64,000 nucleotides of DNA from Octopus vulgaris (GCA_951406725.2 OX597818.1:131068001-131132000), one strand, 5' to 3'; positions 16,745 to 29,074 are shown, numbered from the stretch's first letter. Notes: generated by a model from the sequence alone, not told the origin. Program-made: numbers and translations.

Positions 16745-17273
16745 TACATACATACATAAATACATACATACATAAATACATAAATACATACATACATACA
16801 TACATACATACATAAATACATACATACACACACACACATACATACATACATACATACACACATATACATACATACATAAATACATACATACATAAATACA
16901 TACATACATACATACACACATACATAAATACATACATAAATACATACTTACATAAATACATACATACACACACACACACATACATACATACATACATACA
17001 CACACATACATACATACATACATACATACATAAATACATACATACATACATACATAAATACATACATACATACATACATACATACATACATACATACATA
17101 AATACATACATAAATACATACATACATAAATACATACATACATACATACATACACACACACATACATACATAAATACACACACATACATACATACATACA
17201 TAAATACATACTTACATAAATAAATACATAAATAAATACATAAATAAATACATACATACATACATACATACAT

Positions 17274-17328
<55 letters not shown>

Positions 17329-17600
17329 TACATACATACATAAATACATACATACATAAATACATACATACATACATACGGACATACATACATAAATACA
17401 TACATACATACATACATACATACACACACACACACGTACATACATACATACATACACACACACATACAAACATACATACACACACACACACATACACATA
17501 CATACATACATACATACATACATACATACATACATACATACATACATACATACATACATACATACATACATACATACATACATACATACATACATACATG
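16670..17600. repeat. (TACA)n microsatellite with TAAA/CACA variants
   Basis: About 900 bp of tetranucleotide repeat. Confidence 0.95.
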
Positions 17601-18042
17601 TGTGCATGCACACATATAGAGAGAGGGATGTACATTTCAATATTTGAAATAAATGACAACTTCTAGAAGAAACTGAGAAACTACAGTAATAAATAACTCT
17701 GCGTTTTTGTGTATGCACGTATATTTAAATAAAACTGACAAACATAAATATACACAATGTATATAAATATATATGTATATATATGTTTTATATATATATA
17801 CTTATAATACATGTATACATACATGTATGCAATATATAAATATATCAATATCTTTTTTTATGTATACACATCAATATATACATATTTTATACTCACACAC
17901 ATATATATATATATGTGTATCTATATCTATATATATACAGTATATACATATGTATATCTATATATATACAGTATATAAGTATATATATATATGTGTGTGT
18001 GTGTATATGTCAGTGTGTTTATATATATATATATATATTTAA

Positions 18043-18081
<39 letters not shown>

Positions 18082-18487
18082 TATTATACATGTATGTGAT
18101 ATATAAATGTCATTATCTCTCAATATGTATACATATGAATATATACAGATATACTGTATATATGCATGTATGTATATATATATATATATTCAAATATACC
18201 TGTATATATCTGTGTATGTCTGTATATATACACACACACAAATATTTATACATCTATACATACACATACACGTGTACATAAATGTATCTATCAGTGTGTC
18301 TGTGTGTGAATATATCTATTGTTATTTTTAAAAGGTTTTCAATGAAAACTCACTTGAAAACAATAAACCATTGAACAATGCATAAATAGTAGGTATTTTT
18401 TTATTACATTTCTTTTTAAAGTATCTTTGTTTTCTTATTTTTTTCTGTTTGAATATTACATTATTTCATTATATATATATATATATT

Positions 18488-18518
<31 letters not shown>

Positions 18519-18868
18519 ATTTAATTGTTTCTAATTTTCTGTAGAAACTTTTCGAAGAAAAAATTCACAAAACAGGCAAAAAAAAAAAAATCAGAAGATT
18601 GCCACATTATTTATTATAATATAATTATCAGCAATCACCATTTCAGTTGCTTGACTTAATTGATTTAATAAGCTGTTTGTGTGTGTTGTGTGTTTGCATG
18701 TTTTTGTGTATTTGGGTTTTTTTTTTATGAGCTTAATTTCTTTAGGAAATATTTCAAATGAATCTCTTGTTTTTATGTATGTATCTATATAAATGGTAAT
18801 TAAATGCACCGAAACTATAAAATAAATGTGTGTGTATATGGGTGTATATACATACTTTTATATATACA

Positions 18869-18905
<37 letters not shown>

Positions 18906-19079
18906 TTGGTGCAGATTCCCTTTGTTTAATTACTTTGATTTTCTCTTGAATATTTTTTGTACCGTCATCTACAGTTAGTTTAAAAGGTGTGTGCGTGTGT
19001 GTGCATATTCATATATATATACATAAAGCGAGATATTGTTATACTTATATATTACATACATGTGTATACATAGAAACAT

Positions 19080-19113
<34 letters not shown>

Positions 19114-19114
<1 letters not shown>

Positions 19115-19183
19115 AAGAAGGTTTGAAAATGCAATTTAAAAGATGTCTAAACATCTTTTAAATTGCATTTTCAAACCTTCTTT
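19114..19183. repeat. Perfect 33-bp inverted repeat with 4-nt loop inside (TA)n
   Basis: AAAGAAGGTTTGAAAATGCAATTTAAAAGATGT-CTAA-reverse complement. Confidence 0.9.
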
Positions 19184-19226
19184 CATATATAATTCCACTC
19201 GTGCAGTACCCCACAACTCCACTTTG

Positions 19227-19265
<39 letters not shown>

Positions 19266-19268
<3 letters not shown>

Positions 19269-20412
19269 GGGTTGAACAAAATAATGGAAATACCTTCAAT
19301 TTTTTTCAAACAAATTTATTTTAATATTGGATAGGACTGTCTTAGGCAGTAATTACAGCTTTAATTCTATGCGGTATGGTCTCATGCAAAGTTTGAATTG
19401 TTTTCAAAGAAAGTTTTGTCCATTCTTCAGCTAAAACAATCTCTAGTTCTTGTAGTGGTGATGGTGGAGGATATCGACTCCTTACTTGGTTTTCTAAAAT
19501 GCACCACAAATGTTCAATAATAACAGTTCTGCAACCATAGGAGGAATTTGATCTGATAAAATGCTTAATCAGTCTTGACTATTAATCCTGCCATGAAGGA
19601 AAACCATTGGGTTTGTAGATTTCCAAGATATAACCCCCCGCCCAGATTATCACAGATCCTCCTCCATGTTTAACAGTTGGAAGAAGGCAGTCTGTGTCAA
19701 ATGCTTTTTTTTGGCTGTCTCCACATGTATATTCGCCCGTGGTCAGAAATAAAGTAAGGGATGACTCTTCCAAGAAAATAACATTCTTTCACTGCTCTAG
19801 AGACCAATTCCGTATATTTTTACTCTACTCTAAATGCTTTGCAATGCTTGTTTTCGTATGTAGTGGTTTTCTGATTGCAGCCCTCCCATGAAATCTGGCT
19901 TTGTGCAAATCCCGGTGAACAGTTTTTGTGGAAACTGGGTTCTCGTGGTGGTCATTAAACTTTGTAGTAGTTTTGGGAGCTGTACTTTCGTGATCCTTTC
20001 TAACAATTCATGTAAGAGTCTGACAGTCCCTATCTGAAGGTTTTGGTTTTCTTCTGAAGTTTTGTTTCGACGAGGAGGTTTTTCCCTCTTTCTCAAAGGC
20101 TGACATTACTTTCAAGACAATACTTCTTGATAGACCAAACATTTCAGCTGTTTTCATTATGCTAGCCCCTGCCATACAAGCACCAACAATTTGACCTCTT
20201 TGAAAGCCCGATAGATCTGTCATTTTAATGAATTTTAACTACCTTTTTCTGATGGTATCTGAGAAGAAACAGCAACTTTAGCAAAACATACTAAGCAACA
20301 CTAATAATAAATCAAAAGAAATAAACATAAACAAGCTTTTGATGGTTTTATAGATATTTCAAAATTATGATGTTATGATGCTAGGTGTTTCCATTATTTT
20401 ATCCAACCCCTG
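19266..20412 (-). mobile_element. Full-span Tc1-like transposon with decayed transposase (about 19321-20223, minus)
   Basis: 30-bp TIRs CAGGGGTTGRAYAAAATAATGGAAAYACCT with TA on both sides; MTDLSGFQRGQIVGA.., GRAAIRKPL, VIFLEES, PTVKHGGGSVIIWA, IPHRIKAVI; stops and frameshifts. Confidence 0.93.
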
Positions 20413-20420
20413 TATGTATG

Positions 20421-20483
<63 letters not shown>

Positions 20484-20665
20484 TTTATAGGTATATATGT
20501 ATATACATATGCAAACACACACACAGACATATATATATATCATCATCATCATCATCATCGTTTAATGTCCGTTCTCCATGCTAGCATGGGTTGGACGAGC
20601 GAATAAATCCAAACTTACAGGGAAAAATCAGATTTAGGATTGAATCCAATTTTATAGTAAAATAT

Positions 20666-20900
20666 TATATTATATTAAATTAGAGATAAAACCACTATTA
20701 GGCAAATCAAACAATGAAAAACTTAAGCCAATACATAAAATTAATTAATTTATATTATTTTAAATATATATCAAAAGTATTAAACTTTTAATACTTTTGA
20801 TATATATTTAAAATAATATAAATTAATTAATTTTATGTATTGGCTTAAGTTTTTCATTGTTTGATTTGCCTAATAGTGGTTTTATCTCTAATTTAATATA

Positions 20901-20905
<5 letters not shown>
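20666..20905. repeat. 119-bp arm palindrome with 2-nt spacer
   Basis: 20666-20784 is the reverse complement of 20787-20905, with no mismatch found by eye. Confidence 0.92.
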
Positions 20906-20946
<41 letters not shown>

Positions 20947-21118
20947 GAAATTTACAGAAAGACGAAGACTGGTGTATAAGCAATAAACAGGTATATTAGT
21001 TTAACACTTGAAACGGTGAGAAAGTCTTTTAAGTTTCAAGCCTACGTTCTTCAACAGAAAGGAAAACATGGGGAAATAAACAGAGAGAGGATTAAAAAAC
21101 TTTTGGAGGTAGTGGTCA

Positions 21119-21173
<55 letters not shown>

Positions 21174-21588
21174 ACATATATGTGTATATATATACATACA
21201 TTTATATTTTTTAGACAACTTAATCATTTGTCTAGTGAATCAACAATTTAAAACAAACTCTTATGTACCTACCTATCTATCTATCTATATACATATATGT
21301 GTGTGTGTATGTATGCATACACACACACACAAATATATGTGTGTATGTATGTAAAGTGTGCTGGAAGGCATGACATATTACCAAAATGGTTCTGCTCTCC
21401 ACATATGTGCTCCATGGTATTTGACAATAACTATCATATCTCAAGATAAGCTACCATGCAGAGTGTGAGCTGCATTATATATTAATAGGAAATGCAGAAT
21501 ATGCAATTAGTATTTTTAGCTTGTTGGTCAACCAGATTGGCCTTTTCAATATAATAGTACTATCAACAAGTGTATATATATATATATA

Positions 21589-21825
21589 TAGGGTGGCTCA
21601 AAAGTAGGTTTACAGTTATCACGTAAGTACTTTAAATTTCCTTTAAAACATTTTATTATATTTAATTGTCTATCTTACAAATTGAAAAGGGCACTTGACA
21701 AAATTAGCTAAAATAGCATAGAATAATGGTTTCATATTTTTTTTTATAATTAAGATCTAAACAGTTAATATAGGAATGCAAAAGAGATAGTTGAATAATT
21801 GTAAACCTACTTTTGGGCCACTCAG
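21589..21825. mobile_element. Tc1/mariner-type MITE
   Basis: Imperfect TIRs GGGTGGCTCAAAAGTAGGTTTACAGTTAT / ATAATTGTAAACCTACTTTTGGGCCACTC, flanked by TA. Confidence 0.8.
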
Positions 21826-21869
21826 TATATATATCTATATATATATGTATGTGTATATATATGTATATA

Positions 21870-22070
21870 TCTATTTCTTTACTACCCATCACCACTTGAC
21901 AACTGGAGTTGACCTTTTTACGTCCCTGTAACTTAATGATTCTGCAAAAGAGACCAACAAAATAAGAACTAGTCCTTCAAAAAAGTCATGAGAGTCGATT
22001 TATTTGACTAATATCCTTCAAGGTGGTGCTTCAGCATGGCCACAGTCAAATGACTGAAACAGGTAAAAGA
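21870..22070 (+). mobile_element. 3' half of a SINE family A copy
   Basis: CTTGACAAC...CAGCATGGCCACAGTCAAATGACTGAAAC. Confidence 0.75.
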
Positions 22071-22124
22071 ACACACACATCTCATTGTTCTTTTCCTGTT
22101 ATCTTATTTCTCAGTTTTTAAAAA

Positions 22125-22156
<32 letters not shown>

Positions 22157-22289
22157 TCTGTAGGAAACTGTTCTCAGGTTAAATATGTCAAGATTATTAT
22201 TGAGGAAGCTTGATTGTTATTTTTTTGTTCTGCAGTCTTGAGTTTAATTGCACTCCCTACATACAGGCTTGTCCTATCAGGTGCTAGTG

Positions 22290-22541
22290 CCACATAAAAT
22301 GCATCCAGGTTGGTGCTGCATAAATGCATCCATGCCAGAGCCAGAGGTACATGGAAAGCACCCAGTGTACTCTGTTCAGTGGTTGGTGTTAGGAATGGCA
22401 TCCAGCCATAGAAACCTTGCCACAGCAGACAATTGGAATCAGGACAGCTCTCCAGCTGGTCAGCTCCATGTCAAGCCGTGTAACCCATGGCAGCATGGAC
22501 AACAGGCATTAAATGATGATGATGATGATGATGATGATGAT
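22290..22541 (+). mobile_element. Family C copy ending in (GAT)n
   Basis: GGTTGGTGTTAGGAATGGCATCCAGCC...AACCCATGGCAGCATGG...(GAT)n. Confidence 0.75.
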
Positions 22542-23408
22542 GTGTATACATAAACACACATGCACACACACAAATCACGTAAATACATATACAGATGGAG
22601 CAAGAGATGTGCATATATCAATTCCTTGTCCACGACTGTACACCTGCAGAAAGACAGACAAGCAGACAGATAGATCCATCCACCCACCCAAAACCCACCC
22701 ATCCATCCATCCATCCATCCATACATACATACATACATACATACATAATACATACGTACATACATACATACATACATACATACATACATACATACATAGA
22801 TCTTACAAGATTTTCCTCATAAAACTGTGAATTCTTCACAAATTAATCCTCTTACTTACCAGACTTAAATCTATAAGGAGCATAAAATCTTACTTTAATT
22901 TCTTTTATTTCTGCAGATATATGTAAACAGAATATAAATTGTCTCTGTAACAATCATTTTCTTCTATTTTTCTCACTGTTCTCCTTGATTCTGAAATATT
23001 CCACTTAAAATTTTATTTTTGAAGGAAATAAAAGAATTACTAAAAATTGCTCTATGTGTATGTATACATCAGTATGTACATATGGTTGTATATATGTATG
23101 TATGTATGTAAGTATACAAGTGTGTTTATATGTTGTATGTATTTGAACTTTTCTCCTCAAAATAGCAAAGATTTAATTCTTCTATGGTATCATTTAATTC
23201 TTGTAACTAATCGGTAAAAATAATATGAGAAAATAACATTTAACTGTCTAGTACCATGGACAGACATTTGACTTATACATACACACTATATGTATGCATG
23301 TATGTATGTATGTATGTATGTATGTATTATGTATGTATGTATATATGTATCATGTATGTATGTATGCTTGTATGTATGTATGTATTATGTATGTATGTAT
23401 GTAAGCTT

Positions 23409-23980
23409 GGCGGCGAGCTGGCAGAAACGTTAGCGTGCCGGACGAAATGCTTAGCGGTATTTCGTCTGTCGTTACGTTCTGAGTTCAAATTCCGCCGGGG
23501 TCGACTTTGCCTTTCATCCTCTCGGGGTCGATAAATAAAGTACCAGTTTCGCACTGGGTCAATATAATCGACTTAATCCCTTTGTCTGTCCTTGTTTGTA
23601 CCCTCTATGTTTAGCCCCTTGTGGGCAATAAAGAAATATATATGTATTATGTATGTATGTATGTATGCTTGTATGTATGTATGTATGTATGTATGTATGT
23701 ATATATGTATTATGTATGCATGTATGTATGTACGTATGTATGTATGCTTGTATGTACGTACGTATGTGTAAGCTGATAGAATGGTTAGCATGTTGGACAA
23801 AGTACTTAGTGGCATTTTTTGTGGCTTCACATTCTGAATTCAAATTCCATCAAGATCAACTTAGCCATTTATCGTTTTGGGGTCGATGAAATAAGTAGCA
23901 GTTAAGCACTGGAGTTGATGCTATTGGCTTGTCCCCTCTACCTAAAACTTCAGGCCTTGTGCCTATAGTAGAAGGGATTA
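23409..23980 (+). mobile_element. SINE family B (23409-23637) plus an older diverged copy (about 23770-23980)
   Basis: Family B head, B-box and central domain in both copies. Confidence 0.85.
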
Positions 23981-24019
23981 TCTCTGTTATTATTATCATT
24001 GTTACTATTATTATTATTA

Positions 24020-24838
24020 GTGGAGAAGGCTAGCCACTGGATTTGGTTAAAAAGAGACGATGAGCGATGGCTAGAAGTATATTGAGTTCTTCATAACCAG
24101 CTGATCTAGCAAGCGGGGCCTCATATCAGTGAGGGGGGGCCGGTGCACATTGATGCCGTCGAGAGGTAGGCCCCGAAACGGCACGCATTCTCTCCTGATG
24201 ACCCCATACACTTGCTAGCTTCCGATATACAGAGCTTTTAACTGGTAGCACTTGCATGTGCAAGTTGTTTGCAAGACATGAGTGAAAGATCAGTGCATAC
24301 CATCTGAAGGACACTGGGGTAAAATATATGAAGCCCAGTATACCCGTCATGATTACCTGTCTGATAAAGGTACACCAGGCACATGCATCACAACCATATG
24401 TATGCAACATGGTGATCTTATATCAAGATAAGCAGTGCTTGACCTTGCGGGTGGGGCCCAGTTAGAATTTTCTTCAGGTCAAGCAGCCCATCCTGCTCAA
24501 ACAGTCCTTGCACAAGGGTTGTTTAAGGATGTTTAACAAAACACCCATCTTTCCAGAGGTGAATTATTCAAACACCAAAGAATTCCTCTCAACACGTGAC
24601 TATGATGCTCCCCCACAACTTCTGCTCATGATCAGAGATGCACATATCATCACCCACTAAGTGACATTCTCAACTGGTTAAGGTCAAACAACTGACAAGC
24701 AAATATGTGCTTATGAGTAGAATATTTGCTGTAGCCCATCTTTTATACTAAGACAAAACTATGTACATGATAACACTTCCAATCAGTTAAGATCAGAGGC
24801 CATGAGAGCCACTGTCTGGTACTGCATTAGAGCATCTA
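24020..24838 (+). mobile_element. 5'-truncated HERO-like (restriction-like endonuclease) non-LTR retrotransposon in an (ATT)n tract
   Basis: 24020-24085 encodes VEKASHWIWLKRDDERWLEVY*, resembling the AE(K/R)ASxWLWLxR..W C-terminus of HERO-clade ORFs; about 750-bp GC-richer 3' UTR; (TTA)n on both sides. Confidence 0.7.
24106..24218 (+). ncRNA. Candidate non-circularly permuted hammerhead ribozyme (GUC site; predicted cut after 24160)
   Basis: GGGGCC(24136-41)..UGCCG-UC-GAGAG-gua-GGCCCC-GAAA-CGGCA..CUCUC-CUGAUGA-CCCC; perfect stems I, II and III; closing stem CUAGCAAG/CUUGCUAG. Confidence 0.75.
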
Positions 24839-24851
24839 TTATTAATATTAA

Positions 24852-24906
<55 letters not shown>

Positions 24907-24907
24907 T

Positions 24908-25066
24908 TCGTCTGTCTTAATGTTCTGAGTTCAAATTCTGCTGAGATTGACTTTGCCTTTCGTCCTTTCAGTGTTGATGAAATAAGTACCAGTCGAGCAC
25001 TGGAGTTGATGTAATTAACTTACCCCTGCCCCAAAATTTCAGGCCTTGTGCCTATTGTAGAAAGGT

Positions 25067-25121
<55 letters not shown>

Positions 25122-25490
25122 GGCAATGAGCTAGCAAAAATGTTAGTTTGCTGGGTGAAATGCTTAGTGCCTTCATGTTCTGAGTTCAAATTCCACTGGG
25201 GTCGACTTTACTTTTCATCCTGTCAGGGTTAATAAAATAAATACCAGTTGAGTATGGGTGTCGATGTAATTGGCCAGTTCCACCCCACCCACCTGAAATT
25301 ACTGACTTTGTGTCAAAATCTGAAATCATTATCATTATTATTCTGAGTTCAAATTCTGTCATGGTTGACTTTGCCTTTCATTCTTTCAGGGTCGATGAAA
25401 TAAGTACCAGTCAAATACTGGGATCGATGTAATCGACTTGCCCCCCCCCCACAAATTTTAGGCCCTATGTCTATCGTAGAAAGGATTCTC
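24908..25490 (+). mobile_element. Three tandem diverged SINE family B copies separated by (ATT)n
   Basis: Repeated TTCTGAGTTCAAATTC...GACTTTGCCTTTCATCC...AAGTACCAG blocks. Confidence 0.8.
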
Positions 25491-25512
25491 ATTATTATTA
25501 TAATTATCACCA

Positions 25513-26417
25513 TCTATAATACATTAAAAGTGAGCTTGAATCTTGCTTGCTTACTTGCTTGCAATGTTACCCAACTAAACATAATGGGGAAAATACTATG
25601 AATTAAGTGTCCCCTGAAATGTGAATACGAATGGAATAAAACAAGTTTCGTGTAAATCGGACAACTGGTTATTGAGATATTAGGGGTTTTTGGAGTATAA
25701 ATACCCAAAAGGGTACATAATAGTAAAATTCTCTGAAAATAACTTAACCCCAAAAGGGAAGAAACTCTTACCTTTCAATTAGACACAATGACTTGACAAT
25801 GAAAAGATATTTGTTTTTTTATAGTAAATGCTTCTATTTTTGCTTTTGTTAAACACAATAGTTTAATCATTGAGAAATATTTTTAAGTAAATGTAAGTTG
25901 TTTGTTCAGTAAGTATTTATATTTTAGGTTTCATTAAACAGACAATATTTTAATGTTTCTAAATTGTTTTCAAGTGAATACCATTACAAAAATTATTTTT
26001 GACATATTCAAAAAATGTTTTGAAGTGATAATGACTTTAAAAATACAGCAACTATTTCTTAAAAGACCTGTTCGTAACCTTAGTGTGAAATTATTTTTCT
26101 CCGTAGGTTTTTTTGAGTGCATTCAATGTATTTCACCTCAAAAGATTTGACTACTATTTTTAGCATGCTCTGCTACCTCGTAACAGCTATTTGTGATAAA
26201 GGACCTGAAACACCTGTTACATGGTAGTAGGGCGTGCAAGAAATAGCAGTCAAATCTTTCCTTTTCTGGGGAAAGGAGCCGTTTACACATGATTTCAATG
26301 TTACATTTATTGAAAACAAGTGAAATAACCCAGAAAAGAAAAAAATCTACGAAACAAAATTCCATTGCTAAAAACCTCAGACTTTCCCAGTGATCCAATG
26401 GATCATGGGTAGTCTAG
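25513..26417 (+). mobile_element. Probable non-autonomous Helitron
   Basis: 5' A|TCTATAAT; 3' hairpin CCCAGTGATCC-AAT-GGATCATGGG then CTAG|T; no TSD. Confidence 0.6.
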
Positions 26418-26505
26418 TTACTATTATTATTTATGTGTCATGCAAGGCAGAATTGTTAGTATGTTGGACAAAATGTTTAGCAGCATTTCTTCTGACTCAT
26501 CACAT

Positions 26506-26970
26506 TCATCATCATCATCATCATTGTTTAACGTTCGCCTTCCATGCTAGCATGGGTTGGACGGTTCAACTGGGGTCTGGGGAGCCCGAAGGCTGCACCA
26601 GTCCAGTCAGATCTGGCAGTGTTTCTACAGCTGGATGCCCTTCCTAACGCCAACCACTCCGAGAGTGTAGTGGGTGATTTTATGTGCCACCGACACAGGT
26701 GCCAGACGAGGCTGGCGAACGGCCACGCTCGGATGGTGTTTTTTATGTGCCACCGACACAGGTGCCAGACGAGGCTGGCAGACGGCCACGCTCGGATGGT
26801 GTTTTTATGTGCCACCGACACAGGTGCCAGATGAGGCTGGCAAACGGCCATGATTGGATGGTGTTTGTTACGTGCCCACAGCACGGAGGCCAGTCGATGC
26901 GGTACTGGCTACGGCCACGTTCGGATGGTTTTCTTGTGTGCCACGTGCCACCGGCACTGGTACCGGTACC
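26506..26970 (-). mobile_element. Family C copy with three internal tandem units of about 62 bp
   Basis: (CAT)n then CCATGCTAGCATGGGTTGGACGG; TTTATGTGCCACCGACACAGGTGCCAGA repeated three times. Confidence 0.85.
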
Positions 26971-27565
26971 ACAAAGATACAAATTCCATTGATGTTCATC
27001 TATTTTGATAAATTCCACCAGGCTCACCTTTGCTATTCATCCTTTCAGGGTCAATAAGAATAAGTGCCAGTTGGCTATTGGGTCTGATTTAATTGACTAA
27101 TTTCCTCCTCAAAAATTTCCGTCCATGTGCCTATAGTAAGGATGTTTTGTCTGTCTGTGTGTTCTACGTTCAAATTCTGCCATGGTCAACTTTTTGCCTT
27201 CCATCCTTTCGAGATCGTTAAAATAAGTACCAGTTGAGCACTGGAGTAGATATAATTGAGTAATCCCCTCCCGCAAAATTTCAAACCCTGAATCTAAAGG
27301 AGAAAGGATTATCATTATTATTGTTGTTATTACTAAAGGGGTGAGCTGGCAGGCACATTTGTGGGATGAAAAAGTACCTTGTGGTAATTCAAATTCAGCT
27401 AAGTACTACTATTGCCTTATGTTTTAGGGGAGAGGATGAATTCACAATATTCGCTTACTGTTTTCCTTCAAAACTGTCAGACTTGTCCTTCGAAACCCTT
27501 ATTATTAACATTTGAATATATTAACATTTACAATAGGGTCATAATTTTATGCTGTATATATATAT

Positions 27566-27795
27566 ATTTCTTAACTACCCACAAGGGGCCAAACACAGAC
27601 GGGACAAACAAGGACAGACAAAGAGATTAAGTCGATTACATCGACCCCAGTGCATAACTGGTACTTAATATATCGACCCCGAAAGGATGAAAGGCAAAGT
27701 CGACCTCGGCAGAACTTGAACTCAGAACGTAAGGACAGATGAAATACGGCTACGCATTTCGCCCGGTGTGCTAACGTTTCTGCCAGCTCACCACC
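27566..27795 (-). mobile_element. SINE family B with TSD
   Basis: Family B reverse complement; TTATGCTGTATATATA on both sides. Confidence 0.88.
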
Positions 27796-27848
27796 TTATG
27801 CTGTATATATAGCATGTACATGTAGACGTACATGTGTATGTGTATGAG

Positions 27849-27975
27849 AGCATATGGCCTAGTGGTTAGAGTATTGCACTCACAATTGCAAGATTGTGAT
27901 TTCAATTCCTAGACAGGATGGTACATTGTGTTCTTGAGTAAAACACTTCGTCTCTCGTTGCTCTGCAACCACTTC
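27849..27975 (+). mobile_element. Old tRNA-derived SINE head (family E)
   Basis: A-box TGGCCTAGTGG, decayed B-box, then TTGTGTTCTTGAGTAAAACACTT; similar to 57288-57420. Confidence 0.55.
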
Positions 27976-28499
27976 AACATTTTAAAGTTTTAATGAGCAA
28001 AGATTTACATATGGGACTCAAGGTTTGAGAGTTTTGTGCTAGGCACTTAACAAAGTAGCTCAAAATTTAAGTGATCTTTTGCAATTCTTTCTAGACTTTT
28101 CATCAAGATTTCCAGTCTTCATGAAACTCCTGCATTACTTTTAACCAAGCATTCTAGAAAGAAATTCAATTGAAAGAATACAAGAAATGAACTCTCAGAT
28201 TTAGGTCAGTTTGCTAAGTGTCAAGCATGAAGCTATGGTCCTGGAGTCATTTTTCTATCCTACAGCTGATTAAAAAATAGAATTGGTAATACACTCATAT
28301 ACTGAGTTCTGTTTCCCTCTTAGTCCTCTGGAATTTATATTCCCATAATTGTCAGCATCATTGTCGTAACGCATGAAGTGTGTTAAAAAGTACATGACTT
28401 TATTTTTTGCTGCCAAAATCTAATTCCATGTGGGCAGAATCCTTTGGGTGATGGGTGATGCCATCTTTCCTGCACATGCATGAAAACCTTTACACTGGT

Positions 28500-28660
28500 A
28501 GGTTGCATAAGTTCCTGGCTGTCATGTCCAGAGTACGGACATGTAGTGCACACTTGTTGGATTTTAGTTTTCACCGAATGCATCAAGCAAAGATCTTGCG
28601 TTAAGTTTTACCAAAAGCTTGGTGATACTCAAGTTGAAATCATCCAGAAGATTCAGCAGA
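28500..28660 (+). pseudogene. Mariner transposase N-terminal (HTH) fragment
   Basis: TECIKQRSCVKFYQKLGDTQVEIIQKIQQ resembles the EQRxCIKFCxKLGxS..E mariner N-terminus. Confidence 0.6.
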
Positions 28661-29074
28661 ATTGGTTTCCACAGGAAAAATAAAGCCAGATAGTTTTTGA
28701 ATGCACTTTGTATACTTTGCTATGCTTGCACAGTTTAGACAAAATTTGTTAAAGCAAATTCTTTATGGCTAAATACTCTTCCTGTCACCAACCCTCGCCT
28801 ATTTCCAAGCAAACTAATATTTCCTTACTCTATCAATCAATGTACACCTGGGACATAGTTATGCAGTAAACTGGAAAGAAATGATATATCAATCGAAAGA
28901 GCCTTTTTTGCTTACAATGATTGCACAATGTCAAAACATATCAAAAAGGTCAGACAAGCAAATGACATCACCTGTATTGATTCTTAAGTTGTTGTTTGTC
29001 TACAGCAAGTGAGCACATATGGAAATGTTGGAGATACATACTCATTTATACAAACACATGCATGCATACAGATA

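Noticed and set aside
16576-17718. Longest ORFs in the window (316-344 aa, MYVC repeats)
   Set aside because: (TACA)n lacks stop codons on one strand; artefact
21025-21062. Hammerhead-like TGAAGA..GAAAC..TA on the minus strand of a TA-flanked insert
   Set aside because: C3 missing and stems too weak in this copy; needs a family consensus
26677-26870. CRISPR-like regular repeats
   Set aside because: Whole units are repeated with no unique spacers; eukaryotic retroposon context; no cas genes
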